Of a stretch of 64,000 nt of DNA, positions 24,401-35,893 are shown one piece after another. This DNA comes from Saccostrea cucullata (taxonomy: Eukaryota). The translations under genes and the position numbers were made by a program. Position 1 is the stretch's first letter; every line of letters starts with the position of its first letter. The DNA lies in contig NW_026932430.1 of the NCBI RefSeq assembly GCF_032062105.1, positions 62,001 to 126,000 of the forward strand, written 5' to 3'. The notes under the pieces were generated by a model. That model was not told the origin of the DNA. It did no database searches and worked only from the letters and a program-made list of their open reading frames with translations.

Positions 24401-27400
24401 ATCAAATCCGATTGAAAGACTTCAAGCAGAACAAACTATCATCAAACACGTTCAACATGAAACCTTTCAAGATGCTATCAGCGCTCTCGAGAAATCTGAA
24501 GGGCTACCAAAGTCTAACTCCCTGAAACCCCTAGAGCCTATTCTACAAGATGGGATACTTTGAGTCGGAGGCCGACTGAGGAAGGCAACCCTGTCTGATG
24601 CTTACAAGAACCCAATAATCTTACCCAGAAATGGTCATATCACGCACTTGATTCTTTCACATGCTCACAAGGAAACCTTTCATCAAGGAAGAGGAATTAC
24701 CCTGAACAAGCTCCGGTCTCTTGGCTATTGGATTGTAGGAGGAAGTAAGACAGTAGCCAGCTACATATGTCAGTGCGTTATATGCAGGAAGTTGAGACGA
24801 CCGACAGAGACACAGAGAATGGCAGACTTGCCCAAGGAGCGTATGGAACCATCTCCGCCTTTCACATATTGCGGTATGGACTGTTTCGGCCCATTTATTG
24901 TGAAACAGGGACGGAAGGAAATAAAACGATATGGGTTACTATTTACCTGCATGTGTTCTCGTGCTATCCACATTGAGATGTTAGATGACATGTCTACAGA
25001 TGCGTTTATCAATGGTTTGCGCTGTTTTATCGCCATTAGAGGAACTGTGCGACAGTTGCGCTCGGACCAAGGAACCAATTTCATTGGAGCTAAGAATGAG
25101 TTTCAGAAAGCACTCAACAAGGAAAGAATATGTTCATTCTTGGCAGAGAAACACTGTGAATTCGTGTTTAACGCGCCCAGTGCTAGTCATACAGGAGGTG
25201 TATGGGAACGTCAAATAAGAACCGTCCGTAACATACTCAATGCCATACTATTACTTTGTCCTGGAAGACTAGATGATTCCTCACTGAGAACCGTATTCTA
25301 TGAAGCGATGTCTATTGTAAACGGTCGCCCACTAACGGTTAGTGAGATAGACAACCCAGACTCACTGAAGCCGCTTACTCCGAACCACATCTTAACTGGG
25401 AAGACCACTTCTCCCCTTCCCCCTCCTGGAGAGTTCGTGAAGGAAGACATATATGTCCGTAAACGTTGGAGACGTGTACAGTACCTTATGGAACAATTTT
25501 GGTCCCGTTGGAGACATGAATACTTGGCTCAGATCACCTTACGACAGAAGTGGCATGGAGTTCGTCGGAACATCAAGGAAGGTGACATTGTTCTGGTGAA
25601 GGACGTTGACCTGCCACGCAACCAATGGCCTCTTGGTAGAGTTGTCGAAGCCAACCCAGATGATGATGGTCTTGTACGGAGAGTCAAGGTGAAAATGCAG
25701 TCTGGAGTTCTGGAGAGAACAGTTCATAAGCTTGTGCTACTCATTGCAAATTAATGTAACTGCTATGTTATAGTTGTATGTTGTATTCTAGACGATATGT
25801 AGATTGCAAGCTTAACACCTTTATTGATACTTTGAATGTCTAAAATCATGCTGATTTTGGTGGGAGTGTAAATGTCATAATTTTTATTTTACTATAATTT
25901 TAATGGAGTCTATTTTATTTGCAATATTTTTTGTAAATCACATATGTGTAACAATGTTTGGTAAATAATTCCGGATAGGCAATCTTCTTATATTTGGGTC
26001 CGGCTACTATTTGTATATTACGTAATTTCCGCCCAGCATCTTTGTACATCCTAACGTGAACGAAAGAACGATAAAGTTAAAACTTAGCGACTTGGTCAGG
26101 AGAACAAGGTAATTAGCAATTATGTATTCATATGCTCATAGTAACGTTTAACGTCCCTGACCTTGTTAGTTAATGTTTCTGATTTTACATATTTATAACG
26201 ATTACTCTGTATGTAGAGCATTTTTGTACAAGCATGGCTAGTGTGGTTTTATACATGGCGCCATTTTGACCCATGTGTAGTGAAATTTTGATTGATAATT
26301 ATTAGTCCCATAGCAGTTTGTATTTTATATATCATACCAATTTAATGATTAAATAGAACTGAATTATTATGTAAATTATCGGTTGTGAGATTATTTGTTG
26401 TGCACATGGAATTTTTGTGTCATGATTTACTTAGAGTTATTGCCCTTTGTACGGTAATGTAAGGCAAGGCGCCAAGTTTGTTTACATGTTTTAAGTGAAG
26501 TAGCAAAGTCATATTTTCTGATTGTCACTGGTAATATTTTATTGAGATTAAGTAATGAATTAAATTAAACGTATAGATGTTATTCATATTACATATTACT
26601 AGTCAATTAGCTGATATTATTGAATATTGAACTCTAGTCTACATGTGTATGTATACCAAAGGGTCATCTTAGTGCATGTTTGTGTACTTAATGTAATTTA
26701 GATTTTCTTGTTAATTATTACTGATAAATTTTGTATTTGTTTTACAGTTCTTACGTTGATGTATCGTTGATGTAACCATCCTGAACTAATAAAGACATCA
26801 TCAGTATATATGAACGTTCCTTTTATGACCAAGCCACTAATATTTCTGTTTCAAATTATACTTCTATACTTATCATCTAATGATATAAACAAGTGTTTTC
26901 ATTTTCCCCTCAAACATTAGCCAATGTTACCCCTCTGAATCTGTATAAAAGCATACCATGCATTTAATGGCAGTTCCTTTAAAGAATATGAAGATTTTTA
27001 TCTAACAATACTATATAAGGCAATTCAAGAAGCAGAGTATAAAACATTTCTTAGCATCTTTTTAAAAATAAAATTTGTTAAAAGAAAAAAAAACATTTAA
27101 ATGATGTGTTGTAAGATAAGTACTTACCAATACCAAATTCTCCTCTAGGAATGAAGAAAGCTCCAACACAGATAGCAATTAGAACGAGAATCTTAATGGC
27201 CCAAAAACTGAAATTAAATTTTACAATCATGTATATCAGCTGTATATCAGCATGTTTATTTGAAAAGAAGTATGAAAGAAAAAACTTCCAAGTGTACATC
27301 AAATTTTTATCTTCATCTCATCTACTACCTATGTACCTATCAGTAGATTAATTTAACTGTCCTTACTTTGTCACGGGGACTACAGATACGTACAATACAG

Positions 27401-28320
27401 AATAAGAAGAATCACAGTTGATTCTTACCCGTTTTGGACGCCAGATCTGGGGTCTTTAGACGACTTCACATTGATCATTATGAGGCAGAACAGGACAAAA
27501 AAGCCCGCCATGGCGAAGCAGATCCTGTATACGGAGAGGTACCCCACCACATCACTACAGTTCCGACCATCACTGTCAATCACTGTTACTCCTTGAACCT
27601 TGTAATCTTTACAAAGCGCTGGAATCTACAAAAATATTTTATGCTATATTAAGAATTCAGTATTACATACCCACATTTTGAGTCATCACAGTCAAGAGAC
27701 CATGAAGAATGATCAGTGTGGAATTATGTTATTCTATGAAGTTTTAAATTATAAATCTGTCAGAAATAAAATGTACCTTCTCTAACTCGGTCTCTAGCCC
27801 AGGAATAAGGAAGAGACTGGCAATGACAGTGCCAGCAATCAACAGAAGAGAGTATGCGATCCTAGAGGCTGTAGAATTTTTACAGGATGGACAGGCAGCA
27901 CAACAAAGACTGCATGCAGCACTGCCGCAACAACAGGCCAGCTACAATAGGAAATACGGATCTAACTAAATTCCTTCTATAACACAAGTATTTACTCTTC
28001 TTGAAACTAAGTTCTTATGGTACATTAGAAAAACTTCATTATTTGAGTGATGAACAGTGAAATATAGGCCTATCATTTCTTTATTGTGCATATAGCTACA
28101 GTGAACAAGGGACGGCTGCCGACTGGCTTCTTTCGGGAATATTTATCGTTTTTTTCCACTTTATAAAAGGCAAATACATTTGTCATATCTAATCAGTAAT
28201 GTATTAATGGAGATAAAATTCCATAATCATGTTAGATTGTTGATATTATTTATAGAACACCTGTCAAAATCAAAATGAAAGACAAAACACGATACACACC
28301 GAGCCGATGATACAACCCAT
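12451..28320 (-). CDS. SERINC: Serine incorporator (SERINC/TMS1 family) multipass membrane protein, 453 aa, 12 coding exons
   Basis: Exons 28300-28320, 27777-27941, 27429-27625, 27128-27207, 18379-18516, 17856-17932, 17330-17426, 17130-17216, 16633-16771, 16463-16536, 13516-13663, 12451-12589 (1362 nt, GT-AG, in frame). Motifs: [110 protein letters not shown]. Confidence 0.97.
13145..13528. repeat. 46-bp minisatellite (about 8 copies, degenerate copies back to about 12830) spanning the SERINC exon 11 donor
   Basis: Unit ccttacctgtaccagttggccagtccagactgagatataaccttga at 13188, 13234, 13280, 13326, 13372, 13418, 13464 and 13510. Confidence 0.95.
13660..13780. repeat. 23-bp tandem repeat (about 5 copies) spanning the SERINC exon 11 acceptor
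   Basis: gcacctgtaaacaagtaaacaaa at 13660, 13683, 13706 (variant) and 13730. Confidence 0.9.
13819..14027. mobile_element. Short TA-flanked MITE (CTGTA...TACAG); related copies near 15474-15684, 44422-44621 and 47031-47263
   Basis: tactgtagaagtacttttttcc ... ggaaaaaagtattctacagta. The related copies have tactgtaaaccaact..ggtttacagta ends. Confidence 0.65.
18494..18704. repeat. 70-bp tandem repeat (3 copies) spanning the SERINC exon 5 acceptor
   Basis: ccaggctgt at 18512, 18582 and 18652. The unit includes 23 nt of exon 5. Confidence 0.95.
18793..19768 (+). repeat. 5' LTR (TG...TA) with putative internal intron 19035-19673 and AATAAA near 19714
   Basis: Direct repeat of 25867-26842 with about 3 substitutions by eye. 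Donor caag|gtaatt, branch-like tactgat, acceptor ttttgtatttgttttacag|. Confidence 0.95.
19797..21903 (+). CDS. BEL/Pao Gag (capsid region plus three Cys/His zinc knuckles), frameshifted near 21580
   Basis: [24 protein letters not shown] capsid motif in 19797-21596. [24 protein letters not shown] and [13 protein letters not shown] lie in the +1 frame. Confidence 0.9.
21900..24563 (+). CDS. BEL/Pao Pol: aspartic protease, reverse transcriptase and Pao RNase H; ends at a premature TGA
   Basis: ALLDTQS (protease); [36 protein letters not shown] (RT); FSDAS, TIPRLEL, WTDS, NPAD (RNase H). GIL*VGGRL replaces the usual GILRVGGRL. Confidence 0.95.
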   Translation: MIVPVWLSVQENPSHEILTYRYALLDTQSDTTFVLDETAAALHVNRQPTRLSLSTMTSQHTIINSFRIQNLRVRGFKSTEFVTIDNAYTRDFIPADRSHIPERKTIMCWPHLKELSNELPPLQSCEVGLLIGYNCPQALVPRRTLTGNENQPYGIQTLLGWSVVGYTDRTNSDVTVVCHRTSVKELHSCTPRDVIKTLEKDFAHDKNEDIKISQDDIAFLNFMKENIQQHEDKHLEMPLPFKERPSLPNNKSLALIRLDHLKRKLKRDQTYQEHYKTFMREVLERGDAEPVSSDGVSGNTWYIPHHGVYHPRKPGKLRVVFDCSARFKEASLNEYLLTGPDLTNALTGVLCRFRQHPVAVMCDVEKMFHQFVVHEADRDFLRLLWWEDGNLDAEPKEYRMRVHLFGAPSSPGCANYGLKFLAKSQEEQLQAASFFMQNNFYVDDGLTSVETEEEAIKLIQDAQILCANGGLRLHKFISNNKNVINSVAESERAADVKDLDLSHEQLPMEQALGIKWNIEEDAFCFKAVDQNASPTRRSMLSIVASIFDPLGFLSPFTLTGKRILQEMCQGNIGWNDPLPADRLLEWEAWIKDLQNLDLIKVPRCLIPSDFGKPKTFELHHFSDASTNGYGQCSYLRVVKGTKVHCALVIAKARVAPLKVVTIPRLELTAAVLSVKVSLFLKRELNLPINREYFWTDSKVVLGYINNEARRFHVFVANRVQMIRDATKPHQWLYIESASNPADHASRGLRASEVNDSSWLTGPPLLWQSIIESKGVETELQLGDPEVRSARTLCTKTKAHSSILDILSRFSSWTKMISFIARMQRLANGVKGTYPSNPIERLQAEQTIIKHVQHETFQDAISALEKSEGLPKSNSLKPLEPILQDGIL
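24564..25754 (+). CDS. BEL/Pao integrase (same frame as Pol, after the nonsense codon)
   Basis: H..H..CVIC zinc finger; [15 protein letters not shown] and GGVWER catalytic DDE; PLTPNHIL; WPLGRV..DGLVR C-terminal motif. Confidence 0.93.
   Translation, partial: VGGRLRKATLSDAYKNPIILPRNGHITHLILSHAHKETFHQGRGITLNKLRSLGYWIVGGSKTVASYICQCVICRKLRRPTETQRMADLPKERMEPSPPFTYCGMDCFGPFIVKQGRKEIKRYGLLFTCMCSRAIHIEMLDDMSTDAFINGLRCFIAIRGTVRQLRSDQGTNFIGAKNEFQKALNKERICSFLAEKHCEFVFNAPSASHTGGVWERQIRTVRNILNAILLLCPGRLDDSSLRTVFYEAMSIVNGRPLTVSEIDNPDSLKPLTPNHILTGKTTSPLPPPGEFVKEDIYVRKRWRRVQYLMEQFWSRWRHEYLAQITLRQKWHGVRRNIKEGDIVLVKDVDLPRNQWPLGRVVEANPDDDGLVRRVKVKMQSGVLERTVHKLVLLIAN
25867..26842 (+). repeat. 3' LTR
   Basis: Near-identical to 18793-19768 and followed by the TTTCT TSD. 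Confidence 0.95.
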
Positions 28321-28694
28321 CTTCTTTCCCTTCTTTTTCTCCTTGATACTTCTTTAAAACCTTTCTAAATGTTGTGTTTATAAATATATCAGGTATTTAT
28401 GATCATATGATAACAAAAGGTGATTAGTCAGAAAATGGTTCCTGTTTTGTTTACGAAATGGCGCATAAGAAACTCTAACATTTAGAACCGATATGGAAAG
28501 TTGTTACTTTCCCGGATTTTTTTCCAACAATCCAATACAGCAGGTTAAAAAATGTCCAATATACATGTAGTTTCATATTAGCTTTAAAATGTTGATACAT
28601 TTACATGTCTTTTAACCCAAAAAAGAGAAGGGGAACGTATTTTTTTGTTATCTTTGTTGAAGAGCACACACAGAATGACTGATCGATTGATTGA

Positions 28695-28696
<2 letters not shown>

Positions 28697-28757
<61 letters not shown>
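28697..28757. repeat. (AAAT)n microsatellite
   Basis: Direct reading. Confidence 0.95.
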
Positions 28758-28759
<2 letters not shown>

Positions 28760-28944
28760 GCTTTTTAAAAAATATACTGGGTCTTCAATCTTTTGAGTGA
28801 TATATGGGGCTTTCTTAGATGATGATAATATTAGAATGTGATAATTAATCTGCATGTGTACCCACCCCTCCATCAAACCTACCTAATCCAGAAGACAATC
28901 TGGGGTCTTGTTTTTCACATAGGCACTCCACATCTTAATTCTTA

Positions 28945-29228
28945 AACAAGATGTGTTTGTGAGACACTATGCGCCCGGCGGCAACAAAGTTCGAGAAAGC
29001 TATTTTTAGCATGTAGGTCACAGTCAAGGCCACAAGGTCATTGACCTTGATGTCATTTGAAAAAGCTTAATTAGTGGAGTATGCACACCAAATATGAAGT
29101 CTCTATCTCTCAAAACTTATGGCGAAGGGTTATGTTGACAGCAGACAGACAAACAGTATAAAAACAGACAGACAGATAGACAGGACAAAAACAATATACG
29201 CCCTCGATCTATCGATCCGGGTGCATAA
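28945..29228 (-). mobile_element. Short Helentron-associated element
   Basis: aacaagatgtgtttgtgagacac hairpin end, aaggtca/tgacctt motifs, (cagac) microsatellite, gcataaaa end. Confidence 0.55.
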
Positions 29229-30190
29229 AAATAATAAATCTTCTATACTATAAACATAACAAGGCATGCCTTGTTATGTTTATAGTATCTATAGAAGATA
29301 TATTATTTTTTAACAATTATGATGGATTGAATACCGGGTAGATATGATGTCTTCACTTCATACAGATTGAACTATAATACCCCTCTTTTAGAAAAAAAAA
29401 TCTGATGGAGAGAACGATCATAAGCGTTTATGCCTGCTGTTCAATCCACTTCAATGAATAAATAGAAGACTCGTATTTTATAAACTAAAAGAATCTGATT
29501 CAATGTTAACATGCATATATACATATATATTTACTTGTTGATCACCCATGAACTTTATTCCCGAGCGAGAATTATTTCAGTTTAATTCAGGGCGGAGCGG
29601 GAGCGGAACAGGGTGGCGAACAATCGAGGTCGAGTGAAAAATCATTGCCAAAGGAAAACAAGCAAGTTCAAAGAAGGTGGTCCCCGATTTCGGTGTCTTC
29701 GTATTTTTATGGCATATTTTGTCAAATATGAACGCTCTAGCTATCATATGTCATTGATTCAAAAGAAATCACCACAGTTAAAATTTTCAAAATTAGGTCA
29801 AACATGAAGGTCAAAGCCAAGAGGTCAAAATTCATAGCATGTTCGAAAATATCGTGCACATCTTAGATACATGAAAGCCCCATTTCTTCTAATTTTTTTT
29901 TTAATTTACTTTAAAAATTATAACATTACTTTGAATTAGTCACAACTTTTGAAAGAGAAAAGATAGGACTTTCATAGCTAACTTGTATTTTACCAATGGC
30001 AAGATATTCCTAAATGAATTATGACTTTTGACCCTGTGACATTGACCTTGAAGTTAAAATTTCTTTGCAAGTTGCTATAACACTTACATTTTAAGCTTTA
30101 TAACAATGTTATGATTTTATATAATAAAATAAATATTTGTAATATAAAAACAAACAAGCAAAAACGCTAAACATTAGCACACATTGCTTA

Positions 30191-30291
30191 TGCCCTGTTC
30201 ACACGGAGAGTTTAATTCGCAGTAAATTAATGCGAAGTAAACTAATGCGAATCAAACTAATGCGAATTAAACTCTCCGTGTGAACAGGGCA
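30191..30291. mobile_element. 101-bp MITE (PIF/Harbinger-like) with 16-bp internal repeats
   Basis: Perfect TIR tgccctgttcacacggagagtttaattcgca / tgcgaattaaactctccgtgtgaacagggca, flanked by TTA and TAA. Confidence 0.75.
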
Positions 30292-31233
30292 TAAAATAGG
30301 CTGCTTTCAAAACTCATCTGCATGACATTTCTCTGGTAATTTTTCCTGGAACATAGGCTATATTTATATATAGTGAGACATCCAACGGCAGCTTGGCTAG
30401 ATATTGATAAACCCCTTTTTTCTAGGAAGACTGGCAATATTTGTTGAGACAGGACACCAAAGAACTTTTGGGAAAATAAATCGAAGGGGAAAGTCTGGCT
30501 ATGAGAAGGGGGGGGGGGCGGGGGGGGTCTTCCGTCTTGCAATGTCTTCCGGGAAAGTCTCACTTGTTAGCTAATCTTCCAGGAGAAAACTCTTTTTTTT
30601 CCTGGGAAGTCTCACTATATATACCGGATACCCTGGCTTTTGTGCTGGGGATCACAATATTCCGGGAGGGGGTCTCAATATGAGAGAATAAGACTCACTA
30701 TACAGCACTTGTTATGGATGCCAAAGTATTACGTGGTATTGAGAGATATGATGGACACATCGTTCTTCGTTTCAGGGACATGGTCACTATCGCTGTGTTG
30801 CAGGGTTAACCTCCAAATCAGTGTACACAAAATTGCGGACAATAAACAACAAAAGTTTGGTTTTGACACCACTTTAAATTGAGACATTTTTCTTTTCAGA
30901 TTAGACAAATGATCTATTTTCAGAGTAGAAATAGAGTTAAGCAGTAGCAATTTTGTCACCTGCACGTATAATTGTCTTTCAGATTTGTGATTATAAAACG
31001 GAGATAGTCTTTAGTTTCATATGAATTTTTATTGAGCCATTACATTCAAAATATAAGGATAGGAAAGGCCGTTAGGCGTTTGTCCAACTGCTCTTTCAGC
31101 TTCTGGAATGTACAATAAGAATTACAAAAGGCAATGTTTTATCAAAATCAACACAGACCAGTAAGAATACAATGTAAATCATTATATTTTTTAGCTAGTG
31201 ATTTCAGTGAATGACCTACCTTTTTCAGTATTT

Positions 31234-32023
31234 TTAGACATTTCTGCACATACACCTGTTGTCAATACAATGCCACTCAGAATCACATGTTCCAGAACAC
31301 TGGTCTTTGCTTGTGCATCCTTTGTACGTAAAAAAATGTATTGTGTTTTAGTAAAGAAGATCGCAGAAGTGCNNNNNNNNNNNNNNNNNNNNNNNNNNNN
31401 NNNNNNNNNNNNNNNNNNNNNNNNNNNNNNNNNNNNNNNNNNNNNNNNNNNNNNNNNNNNNNNNNNNNNNNNNNNNNNNNNNNNNNNNNNNNNNNNNNNN
31501 NNNNNNNNNNNNNNNNNNNNGTAGAAAGAACTATGGAAATCGAAGCCAGATGTAAGCCACCGATCTCCTCCTTTTCCAGTATTTTTTTTTTAATAATTAA
31601 TATTTTTGACCCCCCCCCCGGTATGATAGACAACACACCTAAATTACTTACTGTCAGACATTGAGGGGTTGCAGGTACATAGAAAATGATTGCAGTCGAC
31701 TTGGTACCCAGAGTCACAGGTCACGTGATCACAGTCTGCATCAGAAAAGCATCTCTCAGATGCAACGAAAGCTGAAAATAAATATATCAAATTAAAGAAA
31801 TCTTAAAAAATCTGAATTATTTATCACTTTTTAATAATATAAAATTTTAATTTTAAGATATGGCGAAAATAATTTTGTTTTCAGTTTTCATTGAACCTAT
31901 AAAAAGATGATTTTATATTCTATTATTTTATTAAACCTATATAGACAATTCTCATGCCTATAGTAGTAACACTCCAGTAGACTCACCAACAAGAGCACAG
32001 AAAATGATCAGACATTTCATCAT
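31234..32023 (-). CDS. Secreted 12-Cys peptide, cvSI-like (MEROPS I84) serine protease inhibitor, 80 aa
   Basis: Exons 31987-32023, 31652-31771, 31234-31319 (243 nt, phase-1 GT-AG introns) give MMKCLIIFCALVAFVASERCFSDADCDHVTCDSGYQVDCNHFLCTCNPSMSDRCTSKDQCSGTCDSEWHCIDNRCMCRNV*. It has a signal peptide and two 6-Cys modules ending CxC. TATA-like element at 32061-32070. Confidence 0.85.
31373..31520. other. Assembly gap (N run)
   Basis: Run of N. Confidence 1.
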
Positions 32024-33176
32024 GATTGGTGATACAAAATGATCACTAACTGGACAGTGCTTTATATATATGGACATGAAGTAATGAACATGATGAATGA
32101 ATGTCACGTTAACACGGAGAACTGTGATAAAGATATTATAATAATTTTGGAGGACATGACAAAAACACTAATCTTGGGATTATATCGATGAGTATAGTAT
32201 TTACTAACCTTCAAGAAGCTGCGTAAAGTGTTATTCATACATTATCAACCTTAACTTCCAAAGAATTTGAAAAATGGAACTTAATGGGACTCGAAAATCA
32301 AATTTCGAGGGGGAGGGGGTGGTGTCTTAATCTAAATCCTACACTTTAACTTTTTGGCCAGTTTCTTTTAAAGGAAAGATTATGCAAACAAACTTTAAAA
32401 AAAAAATCTTGAAATTAAAAACGGATGATTCCAGAAAGTTTTTATATGTGAGAAAATATTTTAGAAATTTATATTGTATATAATTTACGCATTATAAGTT
32501 AACAGAATTGTGTATTACAAAACGTTAGCATGGTTAGTGAAAGGCTGTGTAGTACAGAATAAAGAGGAATCGGCTGTGGAAAAAATGAAACCTAACCCTG
32601 CACTTTCCACACAGAAGAGGATTTTCAGGTTTGGAAAATTGTTTTCCTTTTTCTGTAGGCCTAATCTTTTCAGGTAAATCACAGGAATCTTTTTTCCTTG
32701 TTGACCATGCTGACACCCCCTTTCCAAAAAAATCCTACGTCCCTGTAGTATTGCTATTAAGTTGTCCTTTATATATATATATACACTCTCATTGCTTCTT
32801 CTACCCCATTAAAAAAATAATTAAACCCACGCCTGCGACAACCCAGATATCATTGCCTAGATATACCAAGATATACCAACATTTTTATCGGGATCGATGT
32901 ACATATAAGAAAAAAAAATACCGGAAGTTTCTAATGAAAAGCTGGCGGGAAGGGATCCAATCATTGGATTTGGACCAATGTTGACATTGTAGGCCTAAAT
33001 GTAATTGTTACAAGCTGGGCAATAAACGGTACGATCTTTATGTGAGTAGCATAGAATGTTTTATGATAATCACGAGATTTGAAATATTTTATAGAAGAAT
33101 AATAAAATAGCATAATGGACTCGGTAAAAAGAAAGTTAGCGCTGATGTGTGTCGAAGAAACAAAGCTAGATTATTC

Positions 33177-35372
33177 CAGGTCTGGTACAATCACTAGATT
33201 TAGCTACATAGCTTGATTTACCTACATAGCTTTATTTACCTACCTGAGGTAGCTTTATTAAGCTACCAAATTGATTTATTTCTATTAAACAGTTAAAAAA
33301 CATTTTTCTCAGGGTGAGCAGAAAATCTCATTTTGATGCAGTGATCGTTTTCACCTTTGAACTCTGACATCTGAAAACAACTCATGAAAAAATCCCTCTT
33401 GGAAAAATGTCTTTTTCTGAGCAATTGCAATCAAAGTTCTAAAAGTTTTGGGGCTATGTATGACAGTTAGTACAGTTACTCCTTGAATGAAATGACAAAA
33501 AATCCAGTTCCTGTTAACACGATAACAGGTCGGTAATACGTTCTATTTCCACTATTGAAGAGTTATAGTTCTTAGGCGCTCTTTTGTGAAAAAGTAGGAG
33601 AATGTACAAATCTCGCGGGATTTCTGGGACAAACGTAACATAAACATAAACAGCATGTTGAATGTCGATGAACAAATACTAACAAAATGCATATGACAGG
33701 TCCAGCACAATCTCTTGATTAAGCTATATAGCTTTAAAAAGCTATATAGCTTTATTAAGCTATTCAAAATAGCTTGATAAAGCTATTTATATGCTATTTT
33801 TCACAAAAACGTTTTTTGAAAGAATTAAACAAAAAGTCGCAAATATTTAACTATTCATATATGTACTATGGACTATCAAAAATACAACCTAAATCATAGA
33901 AAGTTCTAACATTGCTGCTGTTGAATACTTTTAAGCAAAATATGAATTTCGATTGTTTGAGTAACTGTGTATGCGGTGAGGCGTGGGTAAGTATGATTGC
34001 TTCTCATTGTGCTGAACTGTTACTAATCAATTATCCTGTTGGCCATAACTGGTCTCCTTTATAATTTCATTCAAGAAATAACTGTGTGGTCACTCATCAA
34101 TAGCCCCAAAACTTTTAAAACTTTGAGTACAAAGTCTCTCAAGGAGACGCAATTTGGTGAGTGATTTTTACATGCCTTGTATTCAGAAGAGTACAAAGTT
34201 TAATATTTCCACTGCACCAAGGTGCGACTTTTTGTACATGTTGAAAAAATAACACATTTTAGAAAAAATTCTGAGAAAATAGCTTAATCAAGCTATTCTG
34301 AATAGCTTAATAAAGCTATATAGCTAAATCAAGCTATATAGCTTAATCAAGAGATTGTGCCGGACCTGTATGAAATATTTTATTGTTGTGGACTTTATTT
34401 AAATCAAGAGTAGAGATGACAAGGAAATTAATTTACATCTATTGGCGATCGCATGTATCTATTTATTGTAATGGTACATTTAAAGACAATACACATAACT
34501 CTGAAATGTCTTCTTTTTTTAATGGACGATAAAGTTAGGGTTTTCGCTTTCTTTCATATGTCTTTTAGTTCTTCTATTCTTTGGTTAGAATGACAAATGC
34601 ACGAAATATTTAAAACTGGATTGCGACTGGCATGTTTTCAATCGCATCATCTCGGGTCTTTCCGTCAGAGGTCGGAAAAACAACCTCGAATGTATTAAGA
34701 TCACCGGATGTTAGAAATTTATACATTTCCTGTTTATTCAGTATAGGATATACGGAGTTAGAAATCCCTTCTATAGTATATTTTAGGTAATATCATTAAT
34801 ACATTGAATAAAGTTAAACTCCCTATTCTACAGATAAAAAGTCCCCATGCATTTATTTCAAAGATCGTGAAAAGGGAGTGTTGTCATGGTGTCTACCATA
34901 TACATTCAAGGTCGTTTTTCCGCTAGTCGGAAAGGCCCGAGAAGTTGCGATTGGCATGTTTTGTGTTATCCGCAACGCCATGCTGTCCCAGTCAGACGAC
35001 CAAACGCGCCTCTAATTCTGAAAAGTTCACTAATGGAAATACAACGTATTATTCAGCACAATGTGAAGTAATCATACTTAGTCATGCCTCACCGCACCCA
35101 ATAGATAGGACAGTTAACCAAACAATGGAATTACATGTTTTGCTCTAAATTGTCCAAACGCAGCAATGTATAAACTATCTCTGCTTTGGATTGTTTTTTA
35201 AGCCTCCCTAGTATAAATATCAATAGTCATTTAATTGCGACTTTTTGTCTCTTTATAAAAAAAAGAAATCTTTTGAAAACTTACCTTGAAATAGCTAATT
35301 AAAGCTACCTGAGGTAGGTAAATAAAGCTACGTAGGTAATTCTACCTAAGTAGCTAAATCTAGCTAAATCTA
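33177..35372. mobile_element. CAGGTC-TIR DNA element (same family as 3230-5389) with nested elements
   Basis: Left TIR caggtctggtacaatcactagatttagctac. The right part, 35120-35372, matches 5133-5372; the extreme right tip is missing. Confidence 0.65.
33697..34368. mobile_element. Nested related MITE with 5-bp TSD TATGA
   Basis: tatga|caggtccagcacaatctcttgatt ... aatcaagagattgtgccggacctg|tatga. Confidence 0.8.
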
Positions 35373-35893
35373 AATATGATTATAAACAAAATGGTGCATG
35401 CACAACCCTTGCCCATCCTAGACCTAAATCTGACCCTAACAGTTGAATCATAACCCTGAGCCTGAAGGCTTACATGTCGATATATCTCTAAATTTGAATT
35501 GAAAGCCAATGCAAATGTTTTCTTCCACTCAGGTATAAGTTTCTGTATAAATTCTGCTTCAGAATATATGAATGCAAAAATGAAATCAAAATTTAAAGTA
35601 CAAACTACAGCGATTTTTTTCCACCCATTGGGAAAGGGTCCGGTGCCGGTTCAATTGGGAAAAATAACATCAAAGAAGAACAATGAGAATTTTCTCTCAT
35701 TTAATCAAATAAAACGTATTTTGCGCTTATTCCAACTAAAATTATCTATTACTACGTGTTTTAAAGAATAAGCAACAAGTACTTATTGCTTTTTTATCAA
35801 TGTCCCATGTTTTCCACATTTTCATGCTTTCAATTTGTCAAAATGTATGATACTGCACTATTTAGTATTTGCACCACAGGTCCTGCCAAATTA

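Larger units (their letters stand above)
18793..26842 (+). mobile_element. Full-length BEL/Pao LTR retrotransposon, antisense within SERINC intron 4
   Basis: 976-bp LTRs (18793-19768, 25867-26842); 5-bp TSD TTTCT (18788-18792, 26843-26847); PPT-like ggtgggag before the 3' LTR; domain order Gag-PR-RT-RH-IN with Pao-type motifs. Confidence 0.97.

Noticed and set aside
24561-24563. Programmed readthrough between RNase H and integrase
   Set aside because: The TGA sits at the conserved Arg of GILRVGGRL, so a CGA-to-TGA mutation is the simpler explanation.
20057-25727. Antisense and alternate-frame ORFs inside the retrotransposon
   Set aside because: Shadows of the long gag-pol coding strand with no independent motifs.
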